DNA from: Octopus sinensis
Taxonomy: Eukaryota
Reading direction: 5' to 3'
Assembly: GCF_006345805.1 (NCBI RefSeq)
Contig: NW_021835458.1
Location: 6,670-70,669 of the forward strand
Length of the DNA: 64,000 nucleotides
Shown here: positions 41,295 to 53,960 of the stretch, piece by piece
How positions within the stretch are numbered: position 1 is the stretch's first letter
Layout of the letters: each line of letters starts with the position of its first letter
The notes under the pieces: generated by a model
What the model was told of the DNA's origin: nothing
Databases searched by the model: none
The model's input: the letters and a program-made list of their open reading frames with translations, nothing else
Made by a program: the position numbers and the translations under genes

Positions 41295-41755
41295 GTACAC
41301 ACACACTCACAAAAGCACACATGCACACACACCACGCACATACATATACATAGACACGCATACATACATGTTACGCGTGGCTAATTAGATTAATTATACC
41401 GATTTAATTACCGCTTTATTTTATACTTTTTTCACATAAAACAAAGTTTAATGAAAACAACTTAATTACCAATTTAAAATTATAATTAATTAAACTGATT
41501 TACATACCGTTTTATTGTATACCATATAGACGTAAGATATAATTAATTAAGGTGTATTAATTAGTGTATTGTAGTGTATTTTGTAAGCATTGATTACATA
41601 CATCGTGATGGCGAAGATCCATTAAATTGACGTAATTAACTTTTGGTCGTACATTTTATTTTCATTCTCTACAGGGCAACTCATCTTTTGTGTCAGCTCC
41701 AAAACCTTTACATAAAACAAAGCATACAATCTGCACATGCACTGGCTCTAAATAC

Positions 41756-41803
<48 letters not shown>

Positions 41804-41851
41804 CTGTATATATATATATTATATATATATATATAATATATATATAAATAC

Positions 41852-41920
<69 letters not shown>

Positions 41921-42100
41921 AAGGGGTTTGTGTGATTGTGTATAGAGGGATATATTATTCAAGGAATTCCAGCTCTGTCTGGTTTTTATGTTTTGTTTAT
42001 ATTCTTTATAATATAATGTTGAATATAGAATATATAGTAAAATGAAATAAAGTATTGATTGTATTATTGAATAGATGAAATATTGAATATAACATATTAA

Positions 42101-42144
42101 GGGACTAGTATACTTTCTTGCATTTAAGCTGTCTTCAAGGTCCC
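42101..42144 (-). ncRNA. Hammerhead-like motif
   Basis: Reverse complement reads GGGAC-cUUGAAGA-cagcuuaaaugcaa-GAAA-GUAUAC-UA-GUCCC: 5-bp stem I, palindromic stem III, weak stem II. Confidence 0.5.
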
Positions 42145-42158
42145 AGGTTGTGTGTGTG

Positions 42159-42193
<35 letters not shown>

Positions 42194-42370
42194 CATAGAT
42201 GCAAAATACCTTGTTGATGTCTTTGGCTACTTTCTAGAAATCTAGAAATAAAACAGAATAATGATATACATACATATGTACATACATGCATACATACATA
42301 TGCACATACATGTATACATACATACACACACATACATACATGCACGCATATATACATACATACATACATA

Positions 42371-43170
42371 CAGAGAAAATTTGGACCTCGGAACTCTCTT
42401 CATTCAATAAAAAAATGACCAACAATGTTTTTGCAGTGCAGCACACATACCAAAATTTGGCTTCTTGATTGGACGCTTGATGGTATCCCATCCATTGTTG
42501 CGAAAACCCGGAAGATACTAACCAACACACATAATTTCCCCATCAACAGTGGCGTAGACCACCTCTACCTAAAGCGAAAACTAGGCGTCAGAGGCTCAAT
42601 ATCGACCTTTGAATATCGTATCATATCCGTTCGGCAGCATCTGTTAACCATCAAGAGTATCCCTTCAACAAGATTTCCTACGTGCACTGATAACATTCCA
42701 TGTTTCATAACCTTAAATACAGACGCATGACTGCAACATGTCATCAGATGAAAGGATAAGCGTGTATGTCAGCAGAAAGCTCTGGGATTATAGTAACATT
42801 GATCATCAAAGCAATCTATCATTTAGACAAACAGTCGGTGTACTGACTTCCACTTTGAAGGGTGTGCGTTTGCAATCCACGAACAGGAAATATCAACCCA
42901 ATACCTGATGCACAAAAGGGACAAAGACGCTGGAAAAGGAGTAGAGTGTGATAACCGATGCAGGTTTTGTGGAATCAACACCGAAGATATCGCCCACATC
43001 ATAAGCAATTGTCCGAAGATATGATGTTGTAACTAGAACACTGTTTAACGAAACGCGTCGAAAGCGTAACTCCGGGGAAAAAAGAAATAAGAACCCACAG
43101 TATGGTAGAAGCCATAACCACTCGCAATAAAAAGGAGTATTCATGGAATGTCCCAGTGAAAACCTCAATG
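42371..43170 (+). mobile_element. R4/Dong-like non-LTR retrotransposon fragment (post-RT region with CCHC knuckle)
   Basis: KIWTSELSSFNK..NNVFAV, NSGVDHLYLKRKLGVRG, EGCAFAIHEQEISTQYL and CRFCGINTEDIAHIISNCPK. Confidence 0.8.
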
Positions 43171-43430
43171 ACTCTGTGTCTTCCTGAGAACTGCATTAAG
43201 TGTAGACGTGTCCGTGGTGTACTCAGCCACATGCGCGTTAATTACACGAGCGGGTTGTTCCGTTGATCGGATCAACGGGAGCCCGCGTCGTCGTAAACGA
43301 CGGAGCGTCAATATGCATGTATTTGTATTTGCGTGAGTGTGTGAATTGTGTGTGTGTATATTTCTCTGCGTGCTTGAGCATATGTGCGCCTGTGTGTTTA
43401 TAAATTCATGTGTTCTTGTAAAAAGACTAT

Positions 43431-43671
43431 TCTTTACTCTTTTACTCTCTTTTTACTCTTTTACTAGTTTCAGTCATTTGACTGCGGCCATGCTGGAGCA
43501 CCGCCTTTAGTCGAGCAAACGACACCAGGACTTATTCTTTGTAAGCCTAGTACTTATTCTATCGGTCTCTTTTGCCGAACCGCTAAGTTACGGGAACGTA
43601 AACACACCAGCATCTGTTGTCAAGCGATACTGGGGGAACAAACACGGACACACAAACACATATACACATAC

Positions 43672-43702
<31 letters not shown>

Positions 43703-43866
43703 CGACGAGCTTCTTTCAGTTTCCATCTACCAAATCTACTCACAAGTCTTTGGTCGGCCCGAGGCTATATTAGAAGACACTTGCCCAAGGTGCCACGCGT
43801 TGGGACTGAACCCGGAACTATGTGGTTGGTAAGCAAGCTAATTACCACACAGCCACTCCTGCGCCT
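43431..43866 (-). mobile_element. SINE family A, full length
   Basis: Reverse complement of family A. Confidence 0.87.
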
Positions 43867-45019
43867 ATAACACTAGACTACCTACTATCTAACACTAGAA
43901 ATTTTCTGCAACCTGCTGCAGTAATTTTGGTTAACATTTTCATCATCACTGGAATTTTTGAGCACCATACCAGTCTAATTAAATTTTCAGTCGAAATTCC
44001 AGCTGAAGAACATTCCTGAATGGCGGTATTGCATTGCAGCTGGAATGAGCACGCAATTGAGGTACAAGAATAATGCATCTTCCCCCGCTAAGAGAAAATT
44101 TATTGAATTGCTATCAAACGTTTGAATGGAGAGAAATTTCATTAATAACTTCTAGAATTATTTCATAGACGATCTTTAGGAATTTAAGCGACACACCTCT
44201 GCACACTGTATATCCAGAATATGGCGTCAATCAAAAGGATTGTATGGCTTTACTGAAAAGAATTAGTGATCCGGTTAAATTCTTTTCTTTGGTGAATCGC
44301 TATGACATCTAAAATATGTGCTTCACTCTAATACTGACGAAGTGCGCTAAGCTAACACAGAATATTAGTTACACATACACCATAGGCTGGCTAATACACG
44401 TATACGCATACATGTATGTATATAATTACGCGTTGTTAAATACATATGTGATTCGTGGAGAGCTTCATTTTGTAACTAACTGCCTTCATGGCTGTCTTGA
44501 GAATTGAGAAGCTGTTATTTGCAAAACTAAAAATGACAAGCTGATTAGTATATCAGAAGATCATAAGTGGAACTGTGAATATATGTAAAACATGCTGAAA
44601 GCTTAACCTATTATGATTTCACATAAATACACACAGACGCATGTACATGTCAAAGCACAGACTTATGTCAAAGTACAGAATTTCACCCACGTATTTATGT
44701 TTGCAAATATGCGTAGACAGGCTAAAGTATGAGAGTTTGGGTTAAAACAATTACGTGCTTTAGAGTGTAACCCCTCTGCATGGCTTTGCACGGGTGCGTG
44801 CGTCAGGGTGTCCAATGTCTTTGGTCTGAATATCGTAGGCGGAAACAGTCCGGAAGCCCGTCGTGGGTATTTATTCCTTTATCTTGTATTTGTTTCTGGC
44901 ATTAGACTGTAGCCATGCTGGAGCACTGCCTTGAAGAACTTTTGGTAGAATAAACCAAGCCCAGTGCTTATTAAATCTGGCACATATTCTATGGTCCTGT
45001 TCCGCCCAACCTCAAAAAG

Positions 45020-45273
45020 CTACAAACTCCCAGTATTTCACTTTTAAATTTTGAAAAGCCGGGAAGTTTTTTTCAGAAATGATGTCGTTTGCCTGTTCTT
45101 TCCAGCATATCGGGTTTTCTGGTGGTGAGTTGATACTTTTTACGTTTGCGGGAAATATCAGATGATAGTGAAACATTGAGAGTTTGTAGCCGATTCCACC
45201 CATAAGAAAGGAACAAATAATACAATGTGACTGTAGGTCATAATACACGGGCAACGCCGGGACGCATTGCTAG
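45020..45273 (+). mobile_element. Helitron 3' end
   Basis: GC hairpin cgggcaacgccggg about 10 nt before CTAG|T at 45270-45274. The 5' boundary is uncertain. Confidence 0.55.
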
Positions 45274-45280
45274 TAAATAA

Positions 45281-45415
45281 TAAGGGTGGCTTGTTAGTGA
45301 TTTTTCAAGCAACTCTTATTTCTAGCGATACTGGTGTCAACTAGTACCCTTAGTTGATTTAGTGATACATATATTTCTGCTTTTCGGTTGAAAAGTTGCT
45401 AACAAGCCACCCCTA
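45281..45415. mobile_element. MITE with about 27-bp TIRs
   Basis: aagggtggcttgttagtgatttttcaa and ttgaaaagttgctaacaagccacccct are inverted copies. Confidence 0.6.
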
Positions 45416-45441
45416 TTATATATAATATATATATATATACC

Positions 45442-45472
<31 letters not shown>

Positions 45473-45543
45473 ACATATATATATGTATATATATATATAT
45501 ATATGTATATATATGTATATATATATATATATATGTTATATAT

Positions 45544-45583
<40 letters not shown>

Positions 45584-45628
45584 TATATAATATATATTAC
45601 ATATATATATAATATATATCTGTGTGTA

Positions 45629-45872
45629 TGGAGGCGCGTGGCTTAGTGGTTACGGCGTCAGTATCATGATCGTAAGATTGTGGTTTCTTTCCTGGATCGG
45701 GCGACGCGTTGTGTTCTTGAGCAAAACACTTCATTTCACGTTGCTCCAGTCCACTCAGTTGGCAAAAATGAGTACGCTGCGATGGACTGGCGTCCCATCC
45801 AGCTGCGGTACACATACGCCATTGAAACCAGGAAATCGGACCTATAAGCCTGGCTAGGCTTTAAAAAGGATG
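45629..45872 (+). mobile_element. SINE family D-related variant
   Basis: Head ggaggcgcgtggcttagtggttacggcg and central box gtgttcttgagcaaaacacttcatttcacg. Confidence 0.78.
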
Positions 45873-46035
45873 CATTTATTATTTATTTATTATATATATA
45901 TGTGTGTGTGTGTGTGTGTTTGTGTGTGTGTGTGGTGTGTGTGTGTGTGTGTGTGTGTGTGTGGAGAGAGGGAGAGAGTGAGGGTAGAGACAGACAGACA
46001 GAGAGATAGAAAGATAGACAGACAGACAGAAAGAC

Positions 46036-46070
<35 letters not shown>

Positions 46071-46460
46071 TCAGGCTCGTATAGATGGTGGGATTAAATG
46101 CTTCACGGCTCATAATCTTTCCAATCCCACAATGGTATTTTTCCAGCTCCGCTGTGAAGCCAGCCGTATTTCACGGTCGACAGACTATATCAATAACGCA
46201 TGAAATTGGATCAATCTTCAACAGTCAAACTGACTCCTGTGTTCACTGGACGTTAAACATATATCTAAGATGCGGATGAATGTGAAAGAACAGAAACAAT
46301 ATGTAGTATACCAGATTGAAATCGATGAAGTTCTGCTTTAGAATTTGGATACTGCCAAAAAAAAAAAATATATGAGCTCGTTCAATTTCTGATATGAAAT
46401 CTTTTTTGATTTATTCGACTTTTCATTCAGTCAAAAGTCTGCAAAAATTTGTACGCGATG

Positions 46461-46925
46461 CCCAGGAGTGGCTGTGTGGTAAGTAGCTTGCTAACCAACC
46501 ACATGGTTCCGGGTTCAGTCCCACTGCGTGGCATCTTGGGCAAGTGTCTTCTGCTATAGCCCCGGGCCGACCAATGCCTTGTGAGTGGATTTGGTAGACG
46601 GAAACTGAAAGAAGCCCGTCGTGTATATGTATAATATATATAATATATATATATAATATATATATATATAATAGATATAGTATGTGTGTGTGTTTGTGTG
46701 TCTGTGTTTGTTCCCCTAGCATGGCTTGACAACCGATGCTTGTGTGTTTACGTCCCCGTCACTTAGCGGGTCGGCAAAAAGAGACCGATAGAATAAGTAC
46801 TGGGCTTACAAAAAGAATAAGTCCCGGGGTCGAGTTGCTCGACTAAAGGTGGTGCTCCAACATGGCCGCAGTCAAATGACTGAAACAAGTAAAGGAGTAA
46901 AGAGTAAAGAGTAAAGAGTAAAGAG
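46461..46925 (+). mobile_element. SINE family A
   Basis: Similar to the other family A copies, with an (agagtaa)n tail. Confidence 0.87.
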
Positions 46926-47361
46926 AGAGATACATATAAAGATTGATTGGATCGCTTTGGTAGATTTATAGATTTGTTTGAGATCTTAAAAAAGAAATAA
47001 AAGTTCACATCCTGCTATTTCGGCTCATTAAGTTCTAACAAAAACCAGTATATAACTGGTACTTTATTTTATCGACCCTCAAAGAATTACAAGTAAAAGT
47101 TGACCTTGGTGAGAAATGGAATCAGAGCGTTAAAAAAAATCCTGAAAAAAATTCTGTTAAGCATTTTGTTCGACGCGCTGATCATTTGTGCCAGCTAGCC
47201 AACTTGTTAAGAATTATGGTTTCAAATTTTGGCACAGGAGCAGCAATTTTTAGGGAGAGTGGGAACTCGATTACAGGAAATCCAATATTTGACTCATAGA
47301 TATATTTGTTTCATAGATTTAAACGCTTCGAGATCCACTCTCTTCAAAAATTTAATTATTT

Positions 47362-47389
47362 CAACAACAGCAACAACAACAACAACAAC

Positions 47390-47421
<32 letters not shown>

Positions 47422-47482
47422 CAACAACAACAACAACAATAATAATAATAATAACAACAACAACAACAATAATAATAATAAT

Positions 47483-47560
<78 letters not shown>
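47362..47560 (+). repeat. Compound (AAC)n/(AAT)n microsatellite
   Basis: Seen directly in the sequence. Confidence 0.95.
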
Positions 47561-47563
<3 letters not shown>

Positions 47564-48339
47564 TGATTGGAAGTGTTAATAACTGATTGGAAGTGTTATC
47601 ATGTACATTGTTTTGTCTTGGTATAAAAGATGGGCTACAGCAAATATTCTGCTCAATACCACAGATTTGCTTGTCAGTTGTTTGACCTTAACCAGTTGAG
47701 CATGTCCCTTAGTGGCTGACGATATGTGCATCTCTGATCACGAGTATAAGTAGTGGGGGAGCATCATAGCCATGTGTTGAGAGGGATTCTTTGGGGTTTG
47801 AATAATTCACCTCTGGAAACATGGATTGTTCTTTCAACATCCTTAAACAACCCTTATTCAGGGACCGTTTGAGCGGGATGGGCTACTCGACCTGAAGAAA
47901 ATTCTAACTGGGCCCCACCTGCAAGGTCATGCGTTGTTTACCTTGATATGAGATCACCATGTCGCGCACATATGGTTGTGATGCATGTGCCTGGTGTACC
48001 CTTATCAGACGGGTAGTCATGATGGGTATATTGGGCTTCGTATATTTTACCCCAGTGTCACTTTGATGGCATGAACTACTCTCTCACTCAATAATGATAA
48101 TAATAATAATAATAATAGAGCGGGATGGGCTACTCGACCAGAAAAAAATTCTAACTGGGCCCCACCTGCAAGGTCATGTGCTGTTTATCTTGATATGAGA
48201 TCAGCAAGTCGCGCTTGTGATGCATGTGCCTAGTGTACCCTTATCAGACGGGTAGTCATGATGGGCATACAGGGTTTCGTATATTTTACCCCCCGTGTCA
48301 CTTTGATGGCATGCACTGCTCTCTCATCACTCAACTGTA

Positions 48340-48406
<67 letters not shown>

Positions 48407-49330
48407 TAATAATAATAAATGCCCTGATGCAGTACCAGGCAGTGGCTCTCATGGCTTCTGATCTTAACTGATTGGAAGTGTTATCATGTACATTGTTTTG
48501 TCCATGCCCTGATGCAGTACCAGGCAGTGGCTCTCATGGCTTCTGATCTTAACTGATTGGAAGTGTTATCATGTACATTGTTTTGTCTTGGTATAAAAGA
48601 TGGGCTACAGCAAATATTCTGCTCAACACCACAGATTTGCTTGTCAGTTGTTTGACCTTAACCAGTTGAGCATGTCCCTTAGCTGGCTGACGATATGTGC
48701 ATCTCTGATCACGAGTATAAGTAGTGGGGGAGCATCATAGCCATGTGTTGAGAGGGATTCTTTGGGGTTTAATATTCACCTCTGGAAACATGGGTGTTCT
48801 TTCAACATCCTTAAACAACCCTTATTCAGGACCGTTTGAGCGGGATGGGCTACTCGACCTGAAGAAAATTCTAACTGGGCCCCACCTGCAAGGTCAATGC
48901 GTTGTTTACCTTGATATGAGATCACCATGTCGCGCACATATGGTTGTGAATGCATGTGCCTGTGTACCCTTATCAGACGGGTAGTCATGATGGGTATATT
49001 GGGCTTCGTATATTTTACACCCAGTGTCACTTTGATGGCATGAACTACTCTCTCACTAAATAATGATAATAAAATAATAATAATAGAGCGGGAATGGGCT
49101 ACTCGACCAGAAAAAAATTCTAACTGGCCCCACCTGCAAGGTCATGTGCTGTTTATCTTGATATGAGATCAGCAAGTCGCGCTTGTGATGCATGTGCCTA
49201 GTGTACCCTTATCAGACGGGTAGTCATGATGGGCATACAGGGTTTCGTATATTTTTACCCCGTGTCACTTTGATTGCATGCACTGCTCTCGCTCACTCAA
49301 ACTGTAGTAATAATAATAATAAGAATAATA

Positions 49331-49365
<35 letters not shown>

Positions 49366-50287
49366 TAATAACAACAATAATAATAATAAATGCCCTGATG
49401 CAGTACCAGGCAGTGGCTCTCATGGCTTCTGATCTTAACTGATTGGAAGTGTTATCATGTACATTGTTTTGTCCATGCCCTGATGCAGTACCAGGCAGTG
49501 GCTCTCATGGCTTCTGATCTTAAATGATTGGAAGTGTTATCATGTACATTGTTTTGTCTTGGATAAAAGATGGGCTACAGCAAATATCTGCTCAAACACC
49601 ACAGATTTGCTTGTCAGTTGTTTGACCTTAACCAGTTGAGCATGTCCCTTAGCGCGCTGACGATATGTGCCTCTGATCACGAGTATAAGTAGTGGGGGAG
49701 CATCATAGCCATGTGTTGAGAGGGATTCTTTGGGGTTTGAATATTCACCTCTGGAAACATGGTAGTTCTTTCAACATCCTTAACAAACCACTTATTCAGG
49801 ACCGTTTGAGAGCGGGATGGGCTACTCGACCTGAAGAAAATTCTAACTGGGCCCCACCTGCAAGGTCATGCGTTGTTTACCTTGATATGAGATCACCATG
49901 TCGCGCACATATGGTTGTGATGCATGTGCCTGGTGTACCCTTATCAGACGGGTAGTCATGATGGGTATATTGGGCTTCGTATATTTTACCTCAGTGTCAC
50001 TTTGATGGCATGAACTGCTCTCTCACTCAATAATGATAATAATAATAATAATAATAGAGCGGGATGGGCTACTCGACCAGAAGAAAATTCTAACTGGGCC
50101 CCACCTGCAAGGTCATGTGCTGTTTATCTTGATATGAGATCAGCAAGTCGCACTTGTGATGCATGTGCCTAGTGTACCCTTATCAGACGGGTAGTCATGA
50201 TGGGCATACAGGGTTTCGTATATTTTACCCCAGTGTCACTTTGATGGCATGCACTGCTCTCTCACTCAAACTGTAGTAATAATAATC

Positions 50288-50340
<53 letters not shown>
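47561..50340 (+). repeat. About 970-bp tandem duplication (about 2.8 units) of (AAT)n-tailed retroelement-like sequences
   Basis: aactgattggaagtgttatcatgtacattgttttgtcttgg recurs at about 47581, 48551 and 49522. Each unit holds a long and a 5'-truncated copy, both ending in (AAT)n. Confidence 0.85.
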
Positions 50341-50344
<4 letters not shown>

Positions 50345-51313
50345 GCGGTTTATATGACATTTAGGAGAGAGGTAAGTAGTATTTCTAACAATCTCGACGT
50401 TGCTTCGTTTCAAACTTACCGTACACACACTTAATGACAGACGCAAACATGAACACATATACAGACGTGCACTCACAGGCGCGTACACACACGCACGCAC
50501 ACACACACAGATGCATACTGACTCAGAGACACACACATACTGACTCAAACCTACACACGCACGCACACACACACACACACTCACACAGAGTCGTAAACAC
50601 ACATACATACACGCGCAAGCACACACAAGCGCACACATACAAACACACATACAAACGCACAGGCACACACATACACAAACGCACACGCCCAAACGCACAC
50701 ATGAACAAACAGACACACACACACACACACACAAACGTACACGCCCAAACGCACACATGAACAAACAGACACACACCACACACACACAAACGCACACGCC
50801 CAAACGCACACATGAACAAACAGACACACACACACATACAACACACGTAGAGACGCATTCACACACACACCCGCCCGCACACACACACATACATTCACAT
50901 ACACCCTGGGACTTAGACAAACACTGTGCACTATCTCAGTAATTGCTCTTTAGACCTGTATCTCGGCTCATGAATATTTCTCCATAGCTTCTACGCCGAC
51001 GGAATTTCAATGGAGAAATACGAACACACTGAATCTTGTGTGTTTCGCTGATACTCAACTGTCACATTCAAACATGAAAACATTCTGTAACGTTACTTAA
51101 TAAGATTAATGGTTTTGCCAGCCATGAAGATTTCATTTCCATCTCACTTGTCATAAGCAAAAGTAATCGAATAAAGCCTGTCTTTCTTGAAACTACTGAC
51201 AACCGTCGGAAATCAGAAGCAAGAAAGAAATGGAAGAATAAAGGAATGGAAAGTGCAATAAACGAAGCGACCGGATAGCAGAATTGTTTGCCCGTCAGGT
51301 ATGAAGCGTTAAA

Positions 51314-52666
51314 AGGCGGCGAGCTGGCAGAAATGTTAGCACGCCGGGGGGCGAAATGCGTAGCCGTATTTCGTCTGCCATTACGTTCTGAGTTCAAATT
51401 CCGCCGAGGTCGACTTTGCCTTTCATCCTTTCGGGGTCGATAAATTAAGTACCAGTTACGCACTGGGGTCGATGTAATCGACTTAATCCGTTCATCTGTC
51501 CTTGTGTGTCCCCTCTGTGTTTAATCCCTTGTGGGTAGTAAAGAAATATGTATTTCGTCTGCCGTTACGTTCTGAGTTCAAATTCCACCGAGGTCGACTT
51601 TGCCTTTCATCCATTTGAGGTCGATAAATTAAGTACCAGTTACGCACTGGGGTCGATGTAATCGACTTAATCCGTTTCTCTGTCCTTGTTTGTCCTCTCT
51701 GTGTTTAACCCCTTGTGGGTAGTAAAGAAACAGGTATTTCGTCTGCCGTTACGTTCTGAGTTCAAATTCCACCGAGGTCGACTTTGCCTTTCATCATATC
51801 GGGGTCGATAAATTAGTACCAGTTACGCACTGGGGTCGATGTAATCGACTTAATCCGTTTGTCTGTCTTGTTTGTCCCCTCTGTGTTTAATTATCCCTTG
51901 TGGGTAGTAAAGAAATAGGTATTTCGTCTGCCGTTCGTACGTCTGAGTTCAAATTCCCCGAGGTCGACTTTGCCTTTCATCCTTTTGAGGTCGATAAATT
52001 AAGTACCAGTTACGCACTGGGGTCGATGTAATCGACTTAATCGTTTCTCTCTCTGTCCTTGTTTGTCCTCTCTGTGGTTTAACCCCTTGTGGGTAGTAAA
52101 GAAACAGGTATTTCGTCTGCCATTACGTTTGAGTTCAAATTCCACCGAGGTCGCTTTGCCTTTCATCATATCGGGGTCGATAAATTAAGTACCAGTTACG
52201 CACTGGGGTCGATGTAATCGACTTAATCCGTTTGTCTGTCCTTGTTTGTCCTCTCTGGTGTTTAACCCCTTTTGGGTAGTAAAGAATAGGTATTTTGTCT
52301 GCCGTTACGTTCTGAGTTCAAATTCCGCCGAGGTCGACTTTGACATGCTTTTCATCCTTTCGGGGTCGATAAATTAAGTACCAGTTACGAACTGGGGTCG
52401 ATGTAATCGACTTAATCCGTTTGTTGTCCTTGTTTGTCCCCTCTGTGTTTAACCCCTTGTGGGTCGTAAAGAAATAGGTATTTCGTCTCGTCGCGTTACG
52501 TTCTGAGTTCAAATCCGCCGAGGTCGACTTTGCCTTTCATCATATCGGGGTCGATAAATTAAGTACCAGTTACGCACTGGGGTCGATGTCATCGACTTAA
52601 TCCGTTTGTCTGTCCTTGTTTGTCCTCTCTGTGTTTAACCCCTTGTGGGTAGTAAAGAAATAGGTA
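51314..52666 (+). mobile_element. SINE family B heptamer (one head plus 7 body units of about 185 bp)
   Basis: Units start at about 51367, 51551, 51735, 51920, 52109, 52291 and 52479. Flanked by the TSD aggtatgaagcgtta / aggtataaagcgtta. Confidence 0.92.
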
Positions 52667-52689
52667 TAAAGCGTTAGCTCCAGTCTTTC

Positions 52690-53960
52690 CTTTTGTACGT
52701 TCTGATTTCAAGTTCCACCGAATAATATCCTGGGTTCATTTCATCGCTTGATTGACTAAAGCTGGTGTTACCGACATGTTCCTGCTTCGTAAAATTTCTG
52801 GTTTTTTGGCGGCATGCTGGCAGAATTGTCAGTACGTTTCACAAAATGTCTAGCAGTATTTTTTTTTTTTGTCGGTTTTCTATGTTCTGATTTCAGATTC
52901 TCCCAAGACCAGTTCTGTCTCTCATCCTTTCGCTGTCGGTACAATAAAACCGGTGTTATCGACATGTCGCTGCTCCGTAAAATTGCTGGTCTTTGGCGGC
53001 GTGCTGGCAGAGTGGTCAGTAGATCACACAAAATCTCTGGCAGCAGGACTTTTTTTTGCCGGTTTTCTATGTTCTGATTTCACATTCTCCAAAGGCCAAT
53101 TCCGTCCTTCATCCTTTTCACCGTTATCGACATGTCCCTGCTCCACAAAATTGCTGGTCTTTGGAGGCGTGCTGGCAGAATCGTAAGCACGCCGCACATA
53201 ATAATTAGCGACTGTTTTCTCACGAATGTTTATGTTCTGGTTTCAAATTCTGTTGACACCAGCTTTGCTTGTTATCGTTTCAGCGTCAATAGAATAAAGC
53301 CAAGGTTATCCACTTTTCCCTACCTTTCAATCTTGCTGGCGTTGGGTGGCGAGGTGGCAGAATTGTTAGCACATCACACAAAATGCTTAGCTGCAGTTTT
53401 TCTCTTATTTGCCGGGTTTTTTATGTAATGATTTCAAATTCTGACGATGTAAGTTTAACCTTTCAATAGATTATTGTTGATCTTATCCACTTGTGTGGCC
53501 GCCCCCAAGAAATTGCTCAACTCAGGCGCCGAGCTGGCAGAATCGTTAGCACGCCAGGCGAAATGCTTAGCGGTATTTCGTCTGCTGTTACGCTCTGAGT
53601 TCAAATTCCGCCGAGGTCAACTTTGCCTTTCATCCTTTCGGGGTCGATAAATTAAGTACCAGTTACGCACTGGGGTCGATTTAAGCGACTTAATCTCTTT
53701 GTCTGTCCTTATTTGTCCCCTCTATGTTTAGCCCCTTGTGGGCAATAAAGAAATAAGAATCGTTAGCACGCCGGGCGAAATGCGTATCGGTCTTTCGTCT
53801 GTCATTGTGTTCTGAGCTCAAATTCCGCCGAGGTCAACTTTGCCTTTTATCCTTTCGGAATCGATAAATTAAGTACCAGTTGCGTACTGGGGTCGATCTA
53901 ATCAACTGGCTCTTTACCCAAAAATTTTCTGGCCTTATACCTAGAGTAGAAAAGCATATT
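52690..53960 (+). mobile_element. Head-to-tail array of older SINE B-like copies plus a young dimer at about 53525-53950
   Basis: Heads ggYggcRWgStggcaga at about 52808, 52995, 53163, 53345 and 53525. Confidence 0.7.

Noticed and set aside
47229-47579. Poly-Asn and poly-Thr/Ile ORFs
   Set aside because: They are translations of an (AAC)/(AAT) microsatellite.
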